From Balanoglossus misakiensis (taxonomy: Eukaryota > Animalia > Hemichordata), in NCBI GenBank assembly GCA_040954595.2, contig CM082576.2:10543129-10607128 (forward strand): DNA of 64,000 nucleotides, read 5' to 3'. The translations under genes and the position numbers were made by a program. Below the pieces are notes generated by a model. It worked only from the letters and a program-made list of their open reading frames with translations, was not told where the DNA came from and did no database searches. Shown piece after piece: positions 55,101 to 64,000 of the stretch (the stretch's first letter is position 1; the number at the start of each line of letters is the position of its first letter).

Positions 55101-58100
55101 GGGGAGGTCACCATACCACCCACCTGCTGACTTTGGAACCCTAAAACCCAAATGAAAACAGAAAGTAAAAGAGCACATTTTAATTTTTATTTCCGCTCTT
55201 AGATTTTAAAGAGTGGCCAATGAAGCCGCGAGAATAAGAAATTACCTACTGACGCAGAAATTATACCTACTGACGTCCGGTGACAGGCTGGGTTGGCGGT
55301 CAATATTATGATCAGGGTCGGGTGGAAAAGAAATTATCTGAGTGATATTTAATTTTTATGATTGATTGATTTCTTTTTATGCATCGCCCCAACATCATCA
55401 AAATGCACCATCCTCTGCTCACTGTTTGCTGGGGCAGTCAAAGAACACCAGATTGGGCCAGAAACTGGGTAAAATAGCGATAAGACAATCTATTTTTTTT
55501 CTTTTGATAATGCTAATGACGAACAAAAATAGACATTCCTGACACATTTCAACTGCACAAAAGCATACTTGTGCTGATTTGAACACGTAGGGTTAATAAA
55601 TGATGAATTAATTCAATGTTTTTGAATTTAATCTAATTTCACAGAGATCGCGCCACATGATTTGCTGATGATTTGCGACGCAAATGTTTTGACAAGTCGA
55701 CATTGGATTGAAATTAAACTCCCACGTTTAATCTAATTGTTTTCTAATACGCCTGTTTTTTTATGTCATCTATTTGCTGGCTTGTCGAGAAGCTGGTCGT
55801 ACAAAGCGCATTACAATTAATTGATCTTCGCGTGTCTGATGGTGACGTTTTTCTCGGGTTGTCTTTTACGCGCTGTAGTTGCGACGCGGTATTATACGCG
55901 CGGTGTATTAACGCGCGCTTCGATTACTTGTGTATTCGTTGGATTCACATGGTTTTTGGCTTCTGCAAACTTATTAAACGGTACATAGGTAAGGCATTTA
56001 GCACGAGTTAATCCGGCCGTGATTCGAGAAGAAGAAATAAAACCGACGCTGCTGACTGAAGAGCGCGCGTAAACTGTACAACACGCCGTGCTATCCTCGT
56101 AAGCGCCAAGAGCTGAACAGATGGTCCCGCTGCCTGCCCTATTTTGTTGTCGCGCGGTATTATCGGGTTGGCACAATATGGAATTATGGCGAGTTAATCG
56201 GCGCGGACGAGAGTTGTCAGAGTAGCGAAAGCCACGCTGTCAGACAATGATTTGGGAAAATGCCTGCAGAATGAGCTATAATTTTAATTTAATTACAACC
56301 GGGCCATTACTTTCTGCCCCAATTTAGGAGTCGGCTCTCACAGAGAAGCGGTGTGCCGGAATCGCTCCGTCCCAAGGGGTCTTCCTCGCTATTAACTATC
56401 TCAACTCCTCAGCTCATCACCCGACTTTTTTTTTAATTAGCGAGGGGATTATATTCCGGGCTTTAAATGAAAATTAAGAGGATTAAACTGTGAAATATCT
56501 GTTCGCGGTGTCCGGTTTCACTTCTGCACATACGCAATGATTTTTTGTTTTCGCTCAATCTGTCAAGGCGATTTCATTTCCAGCGAATGGTACTTGCGCT
56601 ACTTGAGTCGTGGAGAGAATCATATATATACATAAAAATGAAACCTTGCGCAACAACTGATTTGCAAGCGCAAATAGAACTCGGAACTTCAGAAGCCACT
56701 TTCCATTTATCGACAGATTTGTAATATATCTGGGAGTGTGGGTCGAGTGTTTGTCTATATCTCTGTTGCAATTTTGTCGGGCGCGCTAAACCAGTCCGGG
56801 CTTGTCCGGCGTCGCGTCGATTTACAACGCACGCGACTGAGATCGATACCGACAAGCCGCATTCCTCGGAAATTTTCAACTTGACACGGCAGAGAATAGA
56901 CACCAAAGTTAAAATGGGAACGGCTTGTCAGCAGCAATATATCTAAATATTTTTTTACGTTCGACTTCAAAAATATGTCTTTGTTCCTGCAAATCTAAAA
57001 ATCTACAACTTCAGACGATTCGTTGGGAAAAACATGATTTACCGGTAAATAGGGGAATGATTGAAAACGTCAGGAAAGAAACAATCGACTTGGACATACA
57101 GATCAGATATCAATTCGGGCGAAGATGGAGGCTACCTGCATACTTTGTTCTCCTGGGCATGACGCTTGGTGGCGCATTTCCCCCATAACAATATGCATTC
57201 CTTCCGTTTTGTCCCCGTATATATGCTAGCTGTTCGCGGTTTCCCGCCAAAAAACCATGAATGTTGGATGAGCGGATTTACCGGTGAATCTAGGAACACG
57301 ACCAGAATTTCGTATCATTATCTAAGAAAGAACTGGATTACCGGTCATGAAAATGCAATATTTATTATCTTGGTAACAGTAACTGTTGTTTGGGGGCCGT
57401 ATTGAAGCTCGGGTAATCGAATCATAGAGACGGCCAACAATGGAACGATATGGAAACTGCAATTTGTCAAAGCCATAAATTAAAAAAAAAGTAAACTTTC
57501 ACTTTGTAATTTCCTTCGGTTATCGATCGCCGCAGCTTTCAGTGAAGTTGGCATTTTGGAAACTAAAGGCGTAAGAGAAGAATCGAAATTCAGATTGCGA
57601 AACGGACATCATACAAAAAGTGCCGTGATTCATTTCACACCATGTCAACATTGAAATCTATGCGAGGCACTGAGATTAATTATGTACATTTCAGCTGATG
57701 TACCAGTAATGATGGGCTGTCAGCAAGGCAAACACCGCGTTAATTTCACGCGCCAGAATCCAAATACATTTTTTGATAGGGGGTGCAGTGGAAACATTCA
57801 GCGGACGGTTTAATTATGACTCGGCAAACAAGCCGGCCGCCGCCGCGAATGGGTTTTGCGTGTGCCGTCAATTAGGAAAGTCATTCAGCGCTGTATCGAA
57901 TGACAGATCGAAATACACGGCGTATTTGCCGGCTGTTGACTTTCTCTCGTCGTGGGAAAACTGCCACTCACGACCAGGAAGGAACTCGGTCTTTAATCTT
58001 CTGCAAGCAAACCGTGACACCGGCGTTTTTTCCCTCACGAATTATATCAAATTGACGCAAATTACAGTAACAAGTGCCAATGGGGATGTTGTTCTCTGTG

Positions 58101-59181
58101 ACACACTTCGTCGACATGTCAAAGATGTTAACGTAGTTGTCACTTCTATACCAGCTTGATGGGGACAATGCCTCCACAGCATCTGAAAACGTGCACGCAC
58201 ATCCGTCTTTCTTTCCATCTAAAAGTATTCAAACACAAAGTGGAGAGCGTTTTTTCAAGTGCGTTTGCCTCCTCGTCTCTCCCACCCTCGCATTTGATGA
58301 AAACATTACATCATGTATACCAAGTCTGAAACTATTTCTAACATTCGCCCATAATATTTGGGTTTCGCTTATAAAAAAAATGCAGATATCTCAAAATCTT
58401 GGCTTACAGATCTTTTAAATTTGAGCGGGTAACATGCGGAAAACGACTAGAATTGGAGAATTTTTAGAAAAGGACCAGGAAAACATGTTGTTCTGCTGTG
58501 TGACAAAGCAGCAAAGGCCGCGAGTTTTTTTTATTTGTCAGTAAAATTTGACAATAAATTTATAGGATACTGAATGATAGCAAGACAGGCAGGCAGGCGA
58601 GGGTAATGATGATCACGGTGCACAGTTGAGAATTATGCGGAGATTACTCTCTAAACAGAGTATAAGAATGTCTGCGGCAGGGCAGAGGGATATACGAGAA
58701 TCCCTGTATGTTATCAGAGACACATTGAACTGACTCTAAGTCCTGCATAATAGGATCTGTAGCCATATTCATCCCGTCACAATCGGATGGACGAGGCAGA
58801 ACCATGCCAAAGCTGATTTTTACCCCGCACAAGTGGATGAGCATAAATTGGCTCCGCTGACTGCGCCATGATACTCAAAACCCTGACGTCTTTTTGTCGG
58901 CGAGATTATTTGGGTTCTTTTTTTTGTCGTAAAGACATCATCCTCCTTCTCCTCCACTCCGCGAAATCAATCAACCTTGCTCTTAAGCTAGGAGGCAGCG
59001 GCAGCTTTCCAAGTGAAAAATGTTGAAATGTGATGCCACGTTGCGATGATGGGTCTAACAGTCTTCAATTGAGAAGTGTCATCTTTAACGGAACCGTCTG
59101 GCCACTCTGAGGAAAGCATTTGCTTGACTATACACATGATGCAGATATTGTTTAGTCAGTCATGCAGTGAGATTTCGGTTA

Positions 59182-59343
59182 CAGTCAAACTTGGGTCAGT
59201 GGGTACCTCTATATAGTGGCCACTTTGTACAGTCGCTGCAGTGCAATTAACATGACCTGTCTATAAAGGCCGCCTGTCTAAAGGCCAGTTTAGGAATTCG
59301 AAAGTCTCTTGACTGGCCACTATATATAGACAGATTTTGACTG
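59182..59343. mobile_element. Tc1/mariner (pogo-like) MITE with TA TSD
   Basis: TA CAGTCAAA ... TTTGACTG TA. Internal inverted tatatagtggcca / tggccactatata and repeated cctgtcta(ta)aaggcc units. Confidence 0.75.
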
Positions 59344-60069
59344 TACCGAGAAACCAAACCAGGCATAATGTTCACTGCCGTTTTTTTATTATTCTGCTTC
59401 AGTGTACATTTTAACGATGCAAGCAAGCAAGAGATCTGGATATTTGTGATCAGTATGATCAGTTTTGTTCTAGGCCAAATTCTAACGAGTTTCAAACCAC
59501 AGACATCACACCGACACAGGAAATTAAAAATCCTTCACGACTTACAGATGCCCTTGTTTGTTAAAAATCACGACAATATGCTGAGACGAAGGAATATATG
59601 CTCCCATGCCCCCCACCCTACCCCCGAGGGGCACACCATCAAACAAACTATACACATCAACAGCAATCGGGAACAAATCTCAAAATTCAACCGGTGCCAC
59701 AACCAACAAGTCTCCTTGATTGGCGAACCATTCATACATAGTGGTGCCCCGGGGGTGTCACGATCAGTGACTCACCCAAGTAATTCTGATACACGCTCCG
59801 CCGATCACATTCATACGTGGCCATTTCCTTTGGAGAAGGTATATTTTTCTTCCCAATAGCCACAGACAGTAGCTAGAAATAGATGTTCTGTAAAAACACT
59901 AAGGGTTGCAAGACATATTTGCTGAAGAAATAAATTTCCCAAAACATGCGACTCATGGGGCTTAACCACAATATGATATATCCGCAATATTATATATCCA
60001 AATGATTTGTTTATACTAGGGATTCCGAACCAAAGTACATTTAGATACTAGTACCAGATTGGCAATTAC

Positions 60070-60898
60070 ACATTATTGCTAAATTTTGCAAGTGCTATAC
60101 ACGCTATACTTCGGGCAATTAACATGCATTTTTACGTTGTAGAAAATCAACATCATTAAATTATGTGGTATTATGCTATAACGGTACATATTTTGTTGAG
60201 AGTGGGTCTAATTCTATGGTATCCTGTATACAGAAGGACACTATCAGCATGCTTGAACTTCTTATCGACAACATATTTGTTGAATATGGAGGACAAATTT
60301 ACCAACAATGCAGGGAATTCCTATGAGTAATAATTGTGCTCCCTTGCTTGTTGACTTGTTTCTGTACTCGTACGAGGCACTATTTATTCATAACTTAGTC
60401 AGAGAAGAAGGTCTATGTGGATAAAGCATTCAGATGCACATATGACGACATTTCGCTGAATAATCCCATAATCAGTGCTGTGACAATCGTCACGTGATAT
60501 ATTCCCCTGAAATGGATATCAAAGAAACATAAGAATCGGCTTCTGCTTCGTATATGAACATTTGTCTTGATTTTTTAAACTCTGAAACTGTTCTTGAATT
60601 CGGCACTGAGTCACCTTTCTGCTATATCGCTTGTCTGACAAGAGAGATGACTTCAACTTTACTATCATCAATTTTCCATATCTGGATAACAATAATCCAC
60701 TCTCAACAGCCTAAGGGGTATACATTTCCCAGCTATACTCGGAATATGCAAGAGTAACTATGTAGTTCATATGACGATTTTTTTTCTCTCTCAAAAGATA
60801 CAGCCCCCTTTGGAGAAAGGCTTCGTTCCACATTCGAACATTTTTTTTTCGACAGGAATTATACCATGAGCTAGTAGATAAGTCCTGTAAGTGCTGAC
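60070..60898 (+). pseudogene. Decayed reverse transcriptase of a Penelope-like retroelement (5'-truncated)
   Basis: Frameshifted, stop-interrupted translation: TYFV..MLELLIDNIFVEYGGQIYQQ / GIPMSNNCAPLLVDLFLYSYEALFI / AFRCTYDDISLNN / IYSPEMDIKET*ES.SASY / DKRDDFNFTIINFPYLDNN.P...A*GVYISQL / YAR..CSSYDDF / YHELVDK. These match the PLE RT motifs GIPMG.NCAP.LADLFL, (Y)IDD and YDKRDDF.F.I.NFP as I recall them. Confidence 0.85.
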
Positions 60899-61472
60899 TG
60901 TTGCGTTTCTATTGGTGGCTGACATTTTGTATGCCACCTGCTATGTAAATGAGGTTTATATAAGTAGCGGTGAAAGTTTGTCCGCACTCACTCAGTCCAA
61001 AGTGGTGTTGTACGGACGCGGGTTTCAGCGTCGTGCACGTATATGGTTAAATTTTGTCGTTTCGTTGAGTCAACGTCAGCAGCTTCGGTATCACCCCAAA
61101 GGCGTCACTATCTGAGGTAAGCGAGTCAAGTTTGTCAATTATTTCGCATACCGTTTTTTGGACGCAACTTTCGTGGAACTTCAAGCAAGCAGTTTCATTG
61201 TGAATGCCAGACGTGTCATTACTACGGCCACGTCAGCATTTTGTAGTTTCTTGGGCGTGGCAGCCACGTTTATTTCATCGAGACTTTCGTTATGTAAACA
61301 TTCGGAAACCAGTGTGCATTAAAGAACATCGAACTTTATTCATGGTTGTGGATTACATACAAGTACGAGTGTCTCAAGTGTTTGAAGTTTGGAGTGATAT
61401 TGAGTCCGTGTAGGGCCAAGAGATCCTACAAGTCCAATGTGTTCGTTGTATGAATGATCACTGTTGGCAACA
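60899..61472 (+). mobile_element. Solo LTR (574 bp, probably BEL/Pao type) inserted into the Penelope-like element
   Basis: Termini TGTTGC ... GCAACA. 5-bp flanks CTGAC / GTGAC (1 mismatch). TATATAA 60957-60963, TCACT/TCAGT initiator-like 60988-60996, AG|GTAAG at 61117, ATTAAA 61318-61323. Confidence 0.7.
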
Positions 61473-61750
61473 GTGACATGTATCTATAGAGTGTGACCGC
61501 TTCCTCTTTTGACTTAGAGATTGATTTAATGGCGGGTGTCACGTGTGGGGCAGGGTCATATCACTATTTTAGAAGCACCTGATATTACTTCATGGTCTTT
61601 TTGTCATATTTCGATATATCCACACGGACATATGTCTTGCTTTCACGCATTTGACCTTGTTGTGTTTACTTTGTCGGTTGTCTCTGCTCGGATATTTGGC
61701 CTATGATTTTCGGAATATGGATATGTATGATATCAATTATTTAATCTCCA
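61473..61750 (+). mobile_element. 3' end/UTR of the Penelope-like element
   Basis: Rejoining across the LTR gives ..VSADMYL*. This is followed by ggcgggtgtcacgtgtggggcagg...agcacctgat, resembling the 3' terminal segment of such elements (from recall). Right boundary is approximate. Confidence 0.5.
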
Positions 61751-63164
61751 ACTCCACAGTTATATAACGTTTTCATCTAAAACAAACGGCAGACAAAACT
61801 GAGCATTCCTTCATCTCTTGAAAACATTTGGGGATTTTTTTACACTTTAAACGAGCTGCACACTCACTTATGGTACAATTGGCACAAAAAAGGAATGAAA
61901 ACCTCAGAATTTGTAGTGCATAACAGCAAAATCAAAATGGATGGCACTAAATTCTTGAAAGTTGTTGCTCAGTGTCATATCAGAGCCCATATCCTGATCT
62001 GTAGTGCGTTTGATGATTTATTCACAATGAGGCTGACAAAACCCATAATGGTATTCATCTCCGTAAGTCGGATTGGTATGTTATTGCGAGAAAATCCCCT
62101 TAAAGTAGAAAATTGGAAGCATGTGGCATTCAGAGTGATCTGGCCAACTGCTAAGCGGATTGGGTCAGTGATGAAATGCCCCTTAAAATATTAAGTACCA
62201 CGAAAAGCACATTGATTAGGGAGGAAAAAAATCCTGCCGCTTGCGATATTACGGCAGTGCTGGCAAATGTCCCTCCCATTTTCATATTTGCACATTTCAC
62301 CTTCAGTCTAATATACACCTCTGAGAGTTCAACCCGCTTATGGGGCAGGATGATCCTTACTTTGCAGGTACCCAACGTGGAATTAGATCATATCTTTTTC
62401 TCAGTTGCGACATTGTTTGTGTGCTTTATACCCCGCGGGTTAACTCTGCATAATTCATGCCCGCAAAATTCTGATTCTTTGAAATCAGCGAGTTCGCTAC
62501 GCGTCCCAACCCTCCGCATCCTTCAGCGCCGGGGACTTCTTTCTAAATTTTTGATGAGCTCGCGACAATGCGACCAAAGCATGCATGCGCTTCCGTGCTG
62601 GTTTTAATTTAATCTTTATGGGAAGATCAGCCGAGTATGAAAAGGTACGAGGCAGAGTTAAAAAGCCGTATGAATATTTAATCGGCCACTCTCATATCTT
62701 GCACGCATGCTTTAATCCAGCCTAGCAGGTGTGGGATGGGAATGGGGAGAATCGGTAACATGCCGGAACTGGGCCTTATCACGAGCTCTGAACAGGCCAG
62801 AAAATTTACCTTTTCATGCATGCATGCATACGCGTTTCAACAATAGATGTTTTCCGCTTGTGTGAGTGACTAACGGGGAGGCAAGTCATAATTCCTCAGT
62901 GCTGGGAGGATAAACATTCCCACCGCGGCATAAAATGCAAAAAAAAAAAAAAAAAAAAAAATCATGGCCAAGACTGAAAGTGTTTCCTCGCACAGGTGTG
63001 GCGTGGTGGGACATCGTGCTTTGTGGTGAGAAATATGAAATGCCGTATATTCACTGCATTGCTTGTAAAAGCTCCAGCTAGGTCACTCAGACTGTTTACA
63101 CTAAAGACAGTTACTTTTTTATGATCGTGTCAAGGTTTATACCTCTCTATTATCTGTGCAGGTC

Positions 63165-63230
63165 GGAGAGGGGGCAGAGAGAGACAGAGAGAGAGAGAGA
63201 GAGACAGGCAGGCAGACAGACAGACAGACA
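63165..63230. repeat. (GA)n/(GGCA)n/(GACA)n microsatellite
   Basis: Directly visible. Confidence 0.9.
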
Positions 63231-64000
63231 CATTTAACTGCATCTCTCAGGCAAAATCAAACCAATAATCATTTTCATGCTCTAGCAATCGTGTAGCTGA
63301 TAGACAGACGCGGTGGATCAGTGCATAGCTGGGTAAAGATATACGAAGACAGATTGAACGGTTGATCAACATAGCTGGCCAGGTAAATGGATGGATAGCT
63401 ATACACATCACATATAGCTGGACATTACTTGAGAGAAACACAGCTAAAAGCATCACAATAACGAGCTCACACCTTGATGTCAGAATTCCATAGATCAAAC
63501 TTAGAAAGAGAAGTGAAATCAGGCCATTTCTCATATCAGTAAACAATTTTCTGAACAGACTGACGTGTGTGTGCAGTTTCATAAATCAATGACAGAAAAT
63601 TAAAAAAAAAAGTAGAAGCATTCTAAAGCCCGTCTTTGATAGAGCTCTATCAGCTATTAAAAGAGAACAAGTCCTGCGGCAGTATAGCGGTATTGCTTCC
63701 CACTGAGAGGACCTGCATCAAAACTCATTTGTGTCACCTACTGGTTCCCGTTTATGTTGTCATAACAACAGTTAACTGTGGCCACCGAGGGCCGCTTGTC
63801 TGTATCACGACTCTTCTGCTCGAAGAAAAATGTTGCGGCCTTCGCCATCGTGCGCGTACGCGTATACAATTTGTACAGTCGTACGTAGCAGTTTGAACAG
63901 AAACATAAAGTTAAATCCGCGCGGCCCGCTATCATGTCATCCAGCAATAACAGACATTAGATTTGTGTGGCTTGTCTGTCTGCAGATAAAGCAGGGGGTC

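Noticed and set aside
61055-61085. Hammerhead-like ctgctga-cgttgactcaac-gaaac on the minus strand
   Set aside because: The CUGANGA core is mutated and there is no stem III with an NUH cleavage site or stem I.

Overview
Eukaryotic (animal) genomic DNA, not prokaryotic. It is most likely an invertebrate deuterostome such as a hemichordate; this is an inference from the protein and the repeat types. Only one credible protein-coding gene is present: an intronless INSM1/insulinoma-associated (nerfin/egl-46 family) SNAG zinc-finger gene on the minus strand (17410-18819). It has six zinc fingers rather than the five of vertebrate INSM1, an inferred ~1.7 kb U-rich 3'UTR with several neural miRNA seed matches, and a motif-rich upstream region. 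The remaining ~62 kb is a CpG-rich non-coding gene desert. It contains candidate neurogenic cis-regulatory motifs (Hes, proneural, Su(H), paired-homeodomain), microsatellites, a 356-bp tandem duplication, TTAA- and TA-flanked MITEs, three tiny 7-bp-TSD palindromic relics resembling P-element excision footprints, and a decayed Penelope-like retroelement interrupted by a solo LTR. I found no rRNA, tRNA or CRISPR array, and no convincing wholly new multi-gene system. All other ORFs in the track look spurious.
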